A stretch of 64,000 nt of DNA from the NCBI GenBank assembly GCA_016792845.1, contig JAEUKH010000006.1, positions 62,899 to 126,898 on the forward strand. The letters run 5' to 3'. The notes under the pieces were generated by a model. The model was not told the DNA's origin and did no database searches. It worked only from the letters and a program-made list of their open reading frames with translations. This stretch comes from Myxococcales bacterium (GTDB taxonomy: Bacteria > Myxococcota_A > Polyangia > Polyangiales > Ga0077539). The translations under genes and the position numbers were made by a program. Below are positions 10,066 to 20,153 of this stretch, piece by piece (position 1 is the stretch's first letter; the number at the start of each line of letters is the position of its first letter).

Positions 10066-10318
10066 GCGCGGCCGCCGCGGGGGCGGCTCGGGCGCCGCTG
10101 GGCCCGCCGGGGCGTCGGGGTGGCGTAGAACCTACGCCGAGGTGCGATGATTCCCGCGTGGCGAGGGCTCAGAGAATTTCACAGGTTGGTCACAGAGCCA
10201 CTAGGCAAGGGGTCGAAGTGGCGTTAGGTGTTGAGTGTACCGCGGCGTCGCCGGGCACCGGTTCTGTGGCCTGCCGATGCTGCATCTGACGAACTGTCAA
10301 GCGACAGGGAGGCAAACC

Positions 10319-10678
10319 ATGGGCATTGCGATCACCTTCCGGCACATGCCATCGAGCGACGCGCTGAAGTCCTATGTGCATGAGAAGCTTGAGCGGGTGC
10401 AGAAGTACCTGCGTCAACCTCTTGACGCGCATGTCACGCTCACCACCGAGCGTCATCAGCATCTCGCCGAGGTTCATGTCAGCGCGGGGGGCAAGTCGTA
10501 TCAGGCGAGCCATGAGAGCGAAGACATGTACAAGTCGCTCGACCTCGTGATCGACAAGCTTGAGCATCAGATCGCGCGTCACCACGACGCGCAGGCGCGG
10601 CACAAGAAGGGCGCCGAGGCGGCTCGGGTCTTGGCGGCGCAGCCCGACGAGCTCATCCCAGACGCTGGCGCTGAGTGA
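10319..10678 (+). CDS. hpf: ribosome hibernation promoting factor / sigma-54 modulation protein
   Basis: ATG at 10319 is preceded by AGGGAGG. The product MGIAITFRHMPSSDALKSYVHEKLERVQKYL... matches the YfiA/HPF family pattern, and it sits at the conserved position after rpoN. Confidence 0.9.
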   Translation: MGIAITFRHMPSSDALKSYVHEKLERVQKYLRQPLDAHVTLTTERHQHLAEVHVSAGGKSYQASHESEDMYKSLDLVIDKLEHQIARHHDAQARHKKGAEAARVLAAQPDELIPDAGAE

Positions 10679-10828
10679 GCGTCTGAGCGTGCAAGGGGCT
10701 CGCGGCCACGCGGCGCGCGGGCCCTTTCGCATTTGGGCCCCGACCGACACGCGGCGCGCCATTTCGTGTGACCCGCGCAACACTGGCTGGACACCAGGAA
10801 CGTGAAGGGGTAAGCCCGCGCGCGTCTT

Positions 10829-11299
10829 ATGCGGCTGAGCGAACTTCTCAGCGAAGAGCGGGTCACCGTTCGTCTCGCGGCGCCGACCAAAGAGGTCGCG
10901 CTCGATGCCATGGCGTCGTTGCTGGCGCAGGGGCAAGAGCGGCTCGAAGTGGGCCTGCCCGCGATCGTGAGGGTGCTGCGCGACCGTGAGGCCCTGGCGT
11001 CGACGGGGGTGGGCGACGAGGTGGCCATCCCCCATGGGCGATTGCCGGGCTTGCCTCGCCTCGTGGCGGCCCTTGCGCTCTGCCCTGAGGGGGTCGATTT
11101 TGACTCCATCGACCGGCGCCCGGTGCGGCTCTTTGTGGCCATTCTCGCGCCTGAGCGATGCCCCGGCGATCAGCTGCGGGCCTTGGCCCGAGTGTCGAAG
11201 CTCCTCCGAGACGGGCGCGTGCGCGACCGGCTGCACCATGCGGCCAGCGCGGCCGAGGTGCTCGACATCGTGCGCGAAGAAGAGGCGCTGTTGGGTTAG
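10829..11299 (+). CDS. ptsN: PTS EIIA(Ntr)-type nitrogen regulatory protein
   Basis: 156-aa ORF with the EIIA type-2 pattern and a phosphorylatable His in GDEVAIPHGRLPGL. It is part of the rpoN-hpf-ptsN synteny. Confidence 0.85.
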   Translation: MRLSELLSEERVTVRLAAPTKEVALDAMASLLAQGQERLEVGLPAIVRVLRDREALASTGVGDEVAIPHGRLPGLPRLVAALALCPEGVDFDSIDRRPVRLFVAILAPERCPGDQLRALARVSKLLRDGRVRDRLHHAASAAEVLDIVREEEALLG

Positions 11300-11426
11300 T
11301 GGCGTCTTTGGGGGCACTGGTGATGCGCCGCGGGTGGCTGTAGAAAGGTCAGGCTTCGAGGCCCGCGGGTGACACGCGGGCTACACAGCGACCGACGGGG
11401 CTGTGCGTCGAGGCTGGAGACGGCAC

Positions 11427-12833
11427 ATGGCCATTGCATCGTGGTGGGCGCGCGCGGCGTTGGGGTGGGTGGTGCTCTCGGGGTGTGTGGCCTACCGCGA
11501 GCGGCTGGTCACCGTGGGCACGCGCACCGAGGTCGCGCTGTGCGGGCGGGCGCAGGGCGACAGCGTGGCGTGGCCTGAGACGCCGCGACGCCTGAACTCG
11601 GTGCTCATCGGACGTCTCGCGGGGTACGGTCAGTGGCACGAAGACCGCGCCCTCGGCCCGGTGTGGACGCCCGACGCCGCCGCCGTGGGGGCGGGGTTTA
11701 CGCCCTATGTCTCGCGAGGCCAGTGGGTGCTGAGCGACGCCGGGTGGTTCTGGCAGAGCGACGACCCTTGGGGCGCGGTGACGTTTCACTACGGCCGATG
11801 GGTGGTGCGCGAGGGGCAGTGGCGTTGGGTGCCGGGTACGGCCTTCGCGCCCGCGTGGGTCGATTGGCGCGTGGGCGGCGGGTGGGTCGGGTGGGCTCCG
11901 CTCGGCCCGGTGGGGCTGCGTCAAGGGTCGCGGTTTGTCTTCTGCGGTGTGGGGCGGCTCGGGGGCCCGGGCCTCGCGGGGCGGGTGGTCGGCGGCGATG
12001 CGGGGGTGTCGCTCTTTCCGCGCACCGAGGGGCTCGACCCGGCGCCTGGGCATGGGGGCACGCGCTATGGTTGGGGCCCGGCGCCGCGCGAGGCGGGTGC
12101 GGGCGATGCGCCGGTGACGCCGCTCGGTCAGGCCTGGTCGGTGGCCCTCGCGAGCGGGTCGTCGACGCCCGCCCAGTCGCAGACCCCGCGCGAGGGGCGT
12201 CCTGAGGGGGCCGAACAAGAGGGCGCGCGCGGCGTGCCCGCGGGGTCGCGGGGGGCGCAGATGCCCTCCGTGGCGCTCTTCAACGAAATCCCGTCGGTGC
12301 GCGCGGGCTTCGCGGCCGCTGACGAGGGCGACGCGGGTGACGGAGACGCGGGGGACGGAGAGGCCGACGCGCCGCGGGTCGTCGGGCCCTACCACCGCCC
12401 GAGCATCTCGCTCGGAACAACCTACGAGACCGCCTCGGCGGGCAATGTTCACAGTGTCAACATTGGCGCGGGGGCCGTCGCGACGCGTGAGGCGCGGGCG
12501 CTTCCGCCGCCGGCTGCGATGCCGGGCGGTTATGGCGTGCTTGGGGGCGTACGCTTTGCGCGGGGTCCGGTCGGCGCGGTCGGCGGCACCGGCCCCATCG
12601 GCGGTGCGACCCCCGTGTGGACGCCCGGCGTGCCCACCCAGCGCACCCCCGGCGCCGCGCCCTCGACGGTGCTGGGGACGAGCTTCGGCGGCGTTGCGTC
12701 GACCACGCGCTCGGCTCCTGCTGCGATGGCCGCGCCGACGACGGCCCCTGCGGCGATGATGCCCTCGGTGCCCGCGGTGATGCCACCCGCGGCGTCGATG
12801 CCGGTGATGGGGCCCGATTTCAACGTTCGCTGA
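11427..12833 (+). CDS. lipoprotein with a Trp-rich repeat domain and a Pro/Ala/Gly-rich tail (function unknown)
   Basis: ATG at 11427. Lipobox in MAIASWWARAALGWVVLSGC. Repeated W/G-rich motifs are GWFWQSDDPWG, HYGRWV, WRWVPG and WVGWAPLG. The C-terminal half is low complexity. Confidence 0.6.
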   Translation: MAIASWWARAALGWVVLSGCVAYRERLVTVGTRTEVALCGRAQGDSVAWPETPRRLNSVLIGRLAGYGQWHEDRALGPVWTPDAAAVGAGFTPYVSRGQWVLSDAGWFWQSDDPWGAVTFHYGRWVVREGQWRWVPGTAFAPAWVDWRVGGGWVGWAPLGPVGLRQGSRFVFCGVGRLGGPGLAGRVVGGDAGVSLFPRTEGLDPAPGHGGTRYGWGPAPREAGAGDAPVTPLGQAWSVALASGSSTPAQSQTPREGRPEGAEQEGARGVPAGSRGAQMPSVALFNEIPSVRAGFAAADEGDAGDGDAGDGEADAPRVVGPYHRPSISLGTTYETASAGNVHSVNIGAGAVATREARALPPPAAMPGGYGVLGGVRFARGPVGAVGGTGPIGGATPVWTPGVPTQRTPGAAPSTVLGTSFGGVASTTRSAPAAMAAPTTAPAAMMPSVPAVMPPAASMPVMGPDFNVR

Positions 12834-12874
12834 GTGGCTTGCGGCCCTCTGCGGGGGTGCCGTAGTTTCAGGGC

Positions 12875-14773
12875 GTGACGACCCGAAGCGTTCGGTGGGT
12901 TTGGGTGTTGGGCATTCTCGCCGGGTGTTCGGCGGGTGACTCGAATGTGATCGTCGACGCAGACTCGGGGGTGCCGAGCGATGTGCGGCTCGATCGCCCG
13001 GTTCCGGTTGATCTGGGTGAGATTCCGGGCGGGCCGTGCACCGACACCGACGGCGACGGTTTGGCCGACGGCGTCGAGGGGGCGCCTTCGACCGACACCG
13101 ACGGCGACGGGATGCCCGATTTTCGAGACACCGACAGCGACAACGACGGCTTCAGCGACGCCCAAGAGGCGCGCCGGTCGTACCCGGGCTTCGAGAGCAT
13201 GCAGCGCAACCTCGTCTGCGGCGGCAGCGGCGACAACTGCGACGGCCCGATGGACAGCGTCTCGAACTGGCGCGACACCGACAGCGACAACGACGGCCTC
13301 ACCGACGCCGAAGAGCGCGCGGCAGGCTCGAACCCCTGCGCGGCCGACAGCGACGGCGACGGCGCCACCGACCTCATCGAGCGCACCGCGGGCTCGTCGC
13401 CGACCGACAGGATGAGCCAACCCCCGGCGGGCTCGCTCTACGTGGTGTTGCCGTACTACGCCCCTCCGGCGTCGATGCCGAGAGAGCAGCGCGACTTCTC
13501 ATTTACGACCACCATCCGCGAGGCCGACGTCTTCTTTCTGGTCGACACCTCAGAGTCGATGCAGCCCGTGATCGACAACCTCCGGGCCAACTTTACGCGC
13601 ACCATCGTGCCGGGGGTGCGGCGGGCCATCCCCGATGTGCGGATGGGCGTCGGGGCCTTCGACTCGATGCCGGTCTGCGCGGCGACCACCGACATCAGCA
13701 TCTGTCGGAGCCAAGACGGGCAAGCGGGTCGGCCCGGCGATTACGCGCTCTGGGTGCGCCAGCCCATTACCGACAATGTTGACCTCGTTCAGACTTCATT
13801 CAACAGCATGCGCACCATCGAGCAAGACACGATGGGCGCCGCGACGGGGCAGCGCTTCGGGGCAGACTCACCCGAGAACGCGACCGAGGCCGCGTACGAG
13901 GTCATCGAGGGGAGCGGGGCGCGCGGCTTCGAGGGCGACGCGGCGGCGCTGCGGTCGGTGCGTAACGCGCTCGATCCGACGGGCAACGGGTGGGTGCCGC
14001 GGGTAGACCCGGCGCGCGATTGCGGGTCGCGTCCGGGCGATGTTCGATACGGTTGGGGCTGCTTCGGTGAGGGGCGCGTGCCCATCGTGGTGTTGACCTC
14101 CGACGCGGCCTGGTATGACGGCTGTATCGGCGGGTCGCGCACGAGCACCCAGGGCCACAACTGCAACGAGCTTGTGACGGCGCTCAACAACCACGGCGGG
14201 TTCTTCCTCGGCGTCGACGTGAGCGCCCAAGGCCTCGGGGGGCCGACCTACTCGAACGCCGAGGTGGTGGCCATGCGCACCCGCACCACCGACGAGAACA
14301 ACCGCCCCATCGTCTTCGGCCCAGGCCGCGGCGGCATCGGCGGCGTCTCGCAAGGGCTCACCGACGCCATCAGCCGGCTCGCCAACCTCTCGCGGCAAGA
14401 CATCACCACCCGCAACGTGCCCGACGCGATGGCGACGGGGCTCCCGACGGGCCGCAGCACCGCCGATTTCATTCGCAGCGTGGTGCCCCTCAGGGGCGAC
14501 CCCGAGATGCCCACGGGCTACGAACGCCGCGACATGACAACGTTTTACGGCGTCTTGCCGAGCACCCCGAACCCCGCCATGCCCGGCACCCGGCGGCCCA
14601 CGCAGGTCACCTTCAGGGTCGATTTCTTCAACGATTTTGCCGAAGGTGGCGACCGCGCGCGGCTCTACCAGGCCACCATCGAGGTGCTCGGCCGGGCCCG
14701 CAGTGTGGTCGACCGTCGGCCGGTCTTCATCGTCGTGCCCGCGCGGGGCTCAGGCATCGGCGCGCCAGGCTGA
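12875..14773 (+). CDS. lipoprotein with thrombospondin type-3 (Ca-binding) repeats and a VWA-like domain
   Basis: Lipobox VLGILAGC. Repeats are TDTDGDGLADGVE, TDTDGDGMPDFRDTDSDNDGFSDAQE, DTDSDNDGLTDAEE and DSDGDGATDLIE. A MIDAS-like FFLVDTSESM motif follows. Confidence 0.75.
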   Translation: MTTRSVRWVWVLGILAGCSAGDSNVIVDADSGVPSDVRLDRPVPVDLGEIPGGPCTDTDGDGLADGVEGAPSTDTDGDGMPDFRDTDSDNDGFSDAQEARRSYPGFESMQRNLVCGGSGDNCDGPMDSVSNWRDTDSDNDGLTDAEERAAGSNPCAADSDGDGATDLIERTAGSSPTDRMSQPPAGSLYVVLPYYAPPASMPREQRDFSFTTTIREADVFFLVDTSESMQPVIDNLRANFTRTIVPGVRRAIPDVRMGVGAFDSMPVCAATTDISICRSQDGQAGRPGDYALWVRQPITDNVDLVQTSFNSMRTIEQDTMGAATGQRFGADSPENATEAAYEVIEGSGARGFEGDAAALRSVRNALDPTGNGWVPRVDPARDCGSRPGDVRYGWGCFGEGRVPIVVLTSDAAWYDGCIGGSRTSTQGHNCNELVTALNNHGGFFLGVDVSAQGLGGPTYSNAEVVAMRTRTTDENNRPIVFGPGRGGIGGVSQGLTDAISRLANLSRQDITTRNVPDAMATGLPTGRSTADFIRSVVPLRGDPEMPTGYERRDMTTFYGVLPSTPNPAMPGTRRPTQVTFRVDFFNDFAEGGDRARLYQATIEVLGRARSVVDRRPVFIVVPARGSGIGAPG

Positions 14774-14785
14774 GCCTCGGCCCCA

Positions 14786-15718
14786 TCACCCGCGGACGCA
14801 GTTGCGACCCTCGCGCTTGGCGACGTAGAGCAGCTCGTCGGCGCGCTTCACGATCTCGACGCCCTCGGTGTCGGTGACCGCGCGGGTGGCGACGCCGAGC
14901 GAGATGGTGAGCGGCACGCGATGTTGCTCGAAGACGAAGGGCCGCGCCTCGATCACGCGGCGGAGCTTCTCGGCGGTCACCATCGCGCCCTGTCGGTCGA
15001 TCTCGGGCAAGAGCACGCCGAACTCTTCGCCACCGAGGCGCGCCGCGAGGTCGTCTCGGCGGAGGTTGCTCTTGAGGGTCGCGCCCACCTGGCGCAGCGC
15101 CGCATCGCCCGCGAGGTGCCCGAGGCTGTCGTTGACCCGCTTGAAGTGGTCGACGTCGATCATCAGGAGGCTCAGCGGGCGGGCGTACCGCGCGGCCCGC
15201 GAGAGCTCGCGGTTGAGCGCGTCTTCGAAGGCGCGGCGGTTGGCGAGGCCCGTGAGACCGTCGCTCATCATCAAGCGGTAGATCTCTTCGTGGTAGGCCG
15301 ATTCGATGTGCCCGCTCGCGAGAAACTTGCAGATGTTGCGCCCGATCTGGACCTGATCGCCGTGCTGCAGGTTCACCCGCGCGATGGCCTCATCGTTGAC
15401 GAGGGTGCCGTTGGTCGATTGGAGGTCTTCGATCGACCACGCCTCGGGGGGCATGCCGTCGTGGGCGAAGAGGGGCGTGATCTGGCAGTGGTTGCGCGAC
15501 ACGCTCTCTTCTTCGAAGACGAGGTCGGCGTTGCGGGCGCGCCCCACGCTGACGCGCTGTTGACCGAGGGTGATCCGTCGGCCGATGCCCTCGCCGTGCA
15601 TCACCACGAGGCAGGCTTCGCGCGAGCGCGGCTGGCTCGGGCGCGGAGGCCCCGCGGGCACATGGTACGGATTGGTCTTGTCAGGATCCCCGTCGCTCAC
15701 ACACCGAGCTTTTACCAC
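14786..15718 (-). CDS. FHA domain-containing diguanylate cyclase (GGDEF)
   Basis: The N-terminal FHA pattern is VSVGRARNADLVFEEESVSRNHCQI...STNGTLVN. The C-terminal GGDEF domain has RLGGEEFGVLL and an RxxD-like LRRDD upstream. Confidence 0.85.
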   Translation of the reverse strand: MVKARCVSDGDPDKTNPYHVPAGPPRPSQPRSREACLVVMHGEGIGRRITLGQQRVSVGRARNADLVFEEESVSRNHCQITPLFAHDGMPPEAWSIEDLQSTNGTLVNDEAIARVNLQHGDQVQIGRNICKFLASGHIESAYHEEIYRLMMSDGLTGLANRRAFEDALNRELSRAARYARPLSLLMIDVDHFKRVNDSLGHLAGDAALRQVGATLKSNLRRDDLAARLGGEEFGVLLPEIDRQGAMVTAEKLRRVIEARPFVFEQHRVPLTISLGVATRAVTDTEGVEIVKRADELLYVAKREGRNCVRG

Positions 15719-15831
15719 TGTTTCTGCATGGCTCGGCGGGGGTCGAAGAATTCTCAGCTCTGGCGCGTCGGGGCGGAGGTGTTGTCAGAAAGTGGCGGCG
15801 GTTCGGGCGATTGGCTACTCGCGCGGGTGAG

Positions 15832-17085
15832 ATGAGCTTCGCAACGAGGGTGGTTCTGAGCGTGGGCGTCGCGGCGATGGGCGTACCCTGGGCGTGGACG
15901 CGCTACGCCGCCTCGGCCGCTCGGATGCCCGCTGCGGCGTCGGCCATGATGGTCAATCGCGCCCCCGCGCAAGGGGCGTCGCCGGCCGCCGTGACGGTGC
16001 GCGAGATCCGCGCGGCGGTGCCGGGCTTCGAGCCCCACCGGATGCGCTACGACCCGACCAGCCGACGCTTTGTGAGCACCCTCCGCGACGGCACCCGGGC
16101 GACCTTGACCCTCGAACCGTCGTGGCAGCGCGCCACCCAAAGTCTCATGGCGCGCTATCAGATGCCGCGTGCCAGCGTGGTGGTGCTCGACACCGACACG
16201 GGCCGGGTGCTCGTCTATGCGTCGTACGGGGGGGCGGGCCGCGACCTCGCGCTGAGCCCCGAACCGCCCGCGGCGAGCGTGTTCAAGATCGTGACGAGCT
16301 CGGCGCTCTTGCAGCACGGGTTCAACGAGCGCGACACCACCTGCTGGTCGGGGGGCTTTCACGCGCTCACGGCCCGAGAGCTGGTGAGCGACCCGCGGCG
16401 AGACCGCGAGTGCTCGACCCTCGCAGACGCCTTCGCGCACAGCACGAACACCGTGTTCGCGCGGCGGGCGCTGGAGTTCTTGCGGCCCGACACCGAGCTC
16501 GCGGCGGCGCAGGCGTGGGGCTTCGGGAGCCCCGTCCCGTTCGACGCGCCGGTGCCAGAGAGCGCCGTCACGGTGCCCGCTGAGACCCTCGCATTCGCCC
16601 GCACCGCCGCGGGCTTTTGGAACAGCCATCTCTCTCCGCTCCACGGCGCCCTCCTCGCCCAGGGCATCGCCCGCCGCGGCGAAATGCTGCGCCCGTACCT
16701 CATCGACCACCTCGACACCGCGCGCGGTCAGCGCCTCGCCAACGGCGTCACCCAGGTCTGGCAGCGCGCCGTTCCCGAAGCGGTCGCCGCGGGCCTCGGG
16801 CGCGCCATGCTGCGCACCGTGAGCGACGGCACGGGCCACCACGGCTTTCACGACGACGCGGGGCGCGCGTACCTCCCCGACGTGGTGGTGGGCGGCAAGA
16901 CCGGCACCCTCAACGGCCGCACGCCTGACAGCCAATACACCTGGTTCGTGGGCAACGCCGAGGGGCCCTCGCGACGCCTCTCGTTCGCGGTGATGGTCGC
17001 CAACGGGCCCGTCTGGCGGGTGAAGGCGCCGACCTTGGCGCGGCAGGTCCTCCAGATCGCGTACCGCGGTCGGCCGAGCGACTGA
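15832..17085 (+). CDS. penicillin-binding protein (transpeptidase-domain only)
   Basis: SxxK (ASVFK), SxN (HSTN) and KTG (GKTGT) motifs occur in the correct order. There is an N-terminal membrane anchor. ATG 15832 after GGTGAG was chosen, and a TTG at 15811 is also possible. Confidence 0.8.
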   Translation: MSFATRVVLSVGVAAMGVPWAWTRYAASAARMPAAASAMMVNRAPAQGASPAAVTVREIRAAVPGFEPHRMRYDPTSRRFVSTLRDGTRATLTLEPSWQRATQSLMARYQMPRASVVVLDTDTGRVLVYASYGGAGRDLALSPEPPAASVFKIVTSSALLQHGFNERDTTCWSGGFHALTARELVSDPRRDRECSTLADAFAHSTNTVFARRALEFLRPDTELAAAQAWGFGSPVPFDAPVPESAVTVPAETLAFARTAAGFWNSHLSPLHGALLAQGIARRGEMLRPYLIDHLDTARGQRLANGVTQVWQRAVPEAVAAGLGRAMLRTVSDGTGHHGFHDDAGRAYLPDVVVGGKTGTLNGRTPDSQYTWFVGNAEGPSRRLSFAVMVANGPVWRVKAPTLARQVLQIAYRGRPSD

Positions 17086-17330
17086 GCGCTGCGACCGTTC
17101 GTACCCCTGACGACCTCTAAAACGCTTACAATCCCATGGCTCGATGACCGCGCCGTGCAGGGTCGTTCGGATGCGAACGATCTCGCGGCGGGATGCGCCG
17201 CTGCGCCCAAAAGAGACCGCCTCGGAGGCGCGCCGCCCGTGAGGGAGGGCCCCACCGAGGCGAAGCCAAAGCCAAGCGAGTGAGTCGAAGTCTTGCCGAA
17301 CGCCGTCGCCCTCAGGAGGGCCTCGGGCGC

Positions 17331-18170
17331 TCAGCGCGCGGTGTTGGGCGCGCGAGAGATCAAGAGCGGCACCATGCGCTCGCGGCGCTCGAAGTCGGCC
17401 CTGAAGGCGCCGGCCTCGCGGGCCGAGGTGAAGGGCCCGATGCGCACCCGGTGCCAGAGCACGCCGCCGGGGCCCGTCGAGGGCTGCGCGACGTAGGCCC
17501 GGTACCCGCGGGTGCGGAGCTGCTGCGCGAAGCTCTGGGCGTGGGGCTCGTTCTGGAACGCGCTCACCTGCACCGTGAAGGGGCCGTCGCTGCCCGGAGG
17601 CGCGGGCTGTGAGGGCGTCGCGCCCGCGGTCATGCCCTCGGTGCTCTCTCGCACCCGGAGCAAACCCCCCCCGCCGGGGGCGCCCGCCGAGGGCAAGAGC
17701 ACCGGCCGCGCGTTGGCGTCGCCCAAGGACGGCGCCCCCGGGCGGACTAGGCCCGCCGTCGGCGAGCCCACCACGGCGTTGGCGAGCGAGGGCCCGCCGG
17801 TCACGCCAAGGGCCCCAGGCGCCCCAGGAGCGCCCGGGATGACGGCCGACGGCCCCGTGCCCGTCGCGGCCCCGCCGACGCCCTGCGAGGCCCCGAGGGC
17901 CGCTGTGGCGCTGGGGGCGCTGAGTCGCTCTGCGTAGGTGGTCGCGGGGCGCTCGGAGGTCTGGGCGAGCTGGTCGAGCCGGGCGAGGGGGTCTTCTCGC
18001 GCCACGGGTCGGCTGTCACCCTGCTCGCGGCCGACGACAACGCCGACGCCGAAGAGGACGCACGCCGTCGCCAGCGCCCCCATCGCAATCGACATCATCT
18101 TCGACGAGCGCCCTGCCTCGTCGCGCTCCTGAATCTGGTCGAGGTCGCGCATCGATCCCATCCCGTCCAT
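17331..18170 (-). CDS. SPOR (peptidoglycan-binding) domain protein with a membrane anchor and low-complexity linker
   Basis: The C-terminal SPOR pattern is FTVQVSAFQNEPHAQSFAQQLRTRGYRAYV...WHRVRIGPFTSAREA. The TM helix is IAMGALATACVLFGVGVVVG. ATG at 18170 was chosen. Confidence 0.75.
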   Translation of the reverse strand: MDGMGSMRDLDQIQERDEAGRSSKMMSIAMGALATACVLFGVGVVVGREQGDSRPVAREDPLARLDQLAQTSERPATTYAERLSAPSATAALGASQGVGGAATGTGPSAVIPGAPGAPGALGVTGGPSLANAVVGSPTAGLVRPGAPSLGDANARPVLLPSAGAPGGGGLLRVRESTEGMTAGATPSQPAPPGSDGPFTVQVSAFQNEPHAQSFAQQLRTRGYRAYVAQPSTGPGGVLWHRVRIGPFTSAREAGAFRADFERRERMVPLLISRAPNTAR

Positions 18171-18305
18171 TGCCGTGTGTGCCCTTTCGATCGCCGCCGC
18201 GCCCTCACGGATGGAGCGCAGCGGCGGCCTCGAACGCACGTTGGCGCACACCGCGGGAGGTGTCAGATTTTCGACAAATTCTGCCGCGCCGGGCGGCGCA
18301 GATGT

Positions 18306-20153
18306 TCAGCCCTGAGGGGCCTCGGGGGCGAGCTCGGGGGCCGCTTCGGGGGCCTCGTCGGGGGCGTCGCGGTGCATGCGCTCGGGCGCTGAAATGCCCA
18401 GGAGCGCGAGGGCGTTGGCGTAGACCTGGCGCACCGCCGAGAGCCACAGGAGCCGCGCGCGGGTCTTCTCCCAGTCCCAGGTGGCGACCCAGTCGGGGTG
18501 GGCGTCGCGGTACGATTTCTGCGGCAGAATGGGCTCGTTGTGCACCTTCTGCATGCGGGTAAAATAGCTCGCGAAGGCCTGCGCAAGTTCGAGCACGAAG
18601 AAGGCCACCCGGTGCGGAGCTCTCGAAGCGGCGGCCTCGACCACCAGCCCCGGGAAGCTGTCGCAGAGCGCGAGGATGTCGAGCTCTTCGGGGAGCGTGA
18701 GGCGCGCCGCGAGGGCCGCGTCGAAGCGGGCCGGCACCGAGAGGACGCCCCGCGCGCGGGCCTCGGCCATCTCGGCGCTCTCTTCGACCCGTCGCGCGAT
18801 CGAGCACATGCGGGCGTGGGTCATCTGCGCGTAGAAGACCGGGTTGTCGTTCGACTGCTTCTTGGCCACGTCGATGTCGAGCTCGAGCGACGAGTCGTGC
18901 GAGCGAATGAGCATGAGGAGCCGCAGCGCGTCGCGGCCGGCGCCGGGCACCCCGGTGGCCTCGTCGATCTCTTCGAGCACGTCTTCGATGGTGACGAAGT
19001 TGCCCGCGCGCTTCGAGAACTTCACCTCTTGCCCGTCTTTGATGAGCTTCACGAGCTGCAAGAGCAGCACCTCGAAGGCGCCCTTCGGGTACCCCAGCGA
19101 TTCGAGCGCGCCGCGCACCCGGGGCACGTACCCGTGGTGGTCGGCGCCCCAAACGTCGATGAGGTGCGTGAACCCGCGGGTGTGCTTGTCGACGTGGTAG
19201 GCGATGTCGGTGGCGAAGTACGTCCAATCGCCGCCGTGCTCGGCTGACTTCTTGAGCACGCGGTCTTTGTCGTCGCCCTTGCCCTTGCTCTTGAAGAACA
19301 GCGCCCCGTCGCGCGACTCGATGAGCCCCGCGGCCTCAAGGCGCGCCATCGCGAGCTCGAGCTTGCCCTCTTCTTCGGTGAGCGCTCGTTCGCTCACAAA
19401 ACGATCGAAGGACACCCCGAGCTTGCCGAGGGTCTCGCGGACGCCCTCCATGATCCGTTCGCCCGCCACCCGGGCGAGGGCGAGGTCATCGTCTGAGGCG
19501 AGGCGCTCGGGGTGGTGTTGCTTCATCCACTCGGCCACCTCGGTGACGTAGGCGCCGCCGTAGCCGCCGTCGGGCACCGCGCCGCCGGTGGCCCGGGCCC
19601 GCACGCTCAGCCCGAGCTTGAGCACCTGCGCGCCGCGGTCGTTGATGTAGTACTCGGTCGACACCGCGTGACCCGCCGCGCGGAGCACCCGCACCAGCGC
19701 GTCGCCCACCACCGTGCCGCGGGCGTGCCCGAGGTGCAGCGGGCCCGTGGGGTTGGCGCTCACAAACTCGACCAGCACCCGCGCGTCGGTGTCGCGGGGG
19801 GGGTGCTGCCCGAAGGCCGCGCCCTTGGTGAGCACCTCGTCGATCACCGCGTGAAAGGCGCCGACCCGGAGCTTGAGGTTGATAAACCCGGGGCCCGCGA
19901 GCTCGGCCGCGGCGATGGGCGAGTCGCCCTCGGCGGCGCGACGGTTGAGCGCTGCGACGATCTTCTCGGCGAGGTCGCGGGGCTTCATCGCCGCGGCCTT
20001 CGAGAGCGTCATGGCCACGTTCGTCGCGAGGTCGCCGTGTTCGGCGAGGCGCGGCCGCTCGAGGCCGATCTCAGGGTTTTCAGGGAGCGCGACCCCTTCA
20101 GATCGCAGCGCAGAGAGGGCTTCGCCGAGGGCGGCCCGCACAACCGTTCGCAT
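18306..20153 (-). CDS. argS: arginine--tRNA ligase
   Basis: Class I motifs are SANPTGPLHLGHARG (HIGH) and KFSKR (KMSK-like). The C-terminal anticodon-binding region is present. ATG at 20153 (MRTVVRAAL). Confidence 0.93.
   Translation of the reverse strand: MRTVVRAALGEALSALRSEGVALPENPEIGLERPRLAEHGDLATNVAMTLSKAAAMKPRDLAEKIVAALNRRAAEGDSPIAAAELAGPGFINLKLRVGAFHAVIDEVLTKGAAFGQHPPRDTDARVLVEFVSANPTGPLHLGHARGTVVGDALVRVLRAAGHAVSTEYYINDRGAQVLKLGLSVRARATGGAVPDGGYGGAYVTEVAEWMKQHHPERLASDDDLALARVAGERIMEGVRETLGKLGVSFDRFVSERALTEEEGKLELAMARLEAAGLIESRDGALFFKSKGKGDDKDRVLKKSAEHGGDWTYFATDIAYHVDKHTRGFTHLIDVWGADHHGYVPRVRGALESLGYPKGAFEVLLLQLVKLIKDGQEVKFSKRAGNFVTIEDVLEEIDEATGVPGAGRDALRLLMLIRSHDSSLELDIDVAKKQSNDNPVFYAQMTHARMCSIARRVEESAEMAEARARGVLSVPARFDAALAARLTLPEELDILALCDSFPGLVVEAAASRAPHRVAFFVLELAQAFASYFTRMQKVHNEPILPQKSYRDAHPDWVATWDWEKTRARLLWLSAVRQVYANALALLGISAPERMHRDAPDEAPEAAPELAPEAPQG

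Noticed and set aside
10066-10318. Hairpins after rpoN (GCCGCC-GCGGG-GGCGGC and GGCGTAG-AAC-CTACGCC) as terminators
   Set aside because: The stems are short, no U-tract follows, and hpf and ptsN are likely co-transcribed with rpoN. The support is not enough to call a terminator.
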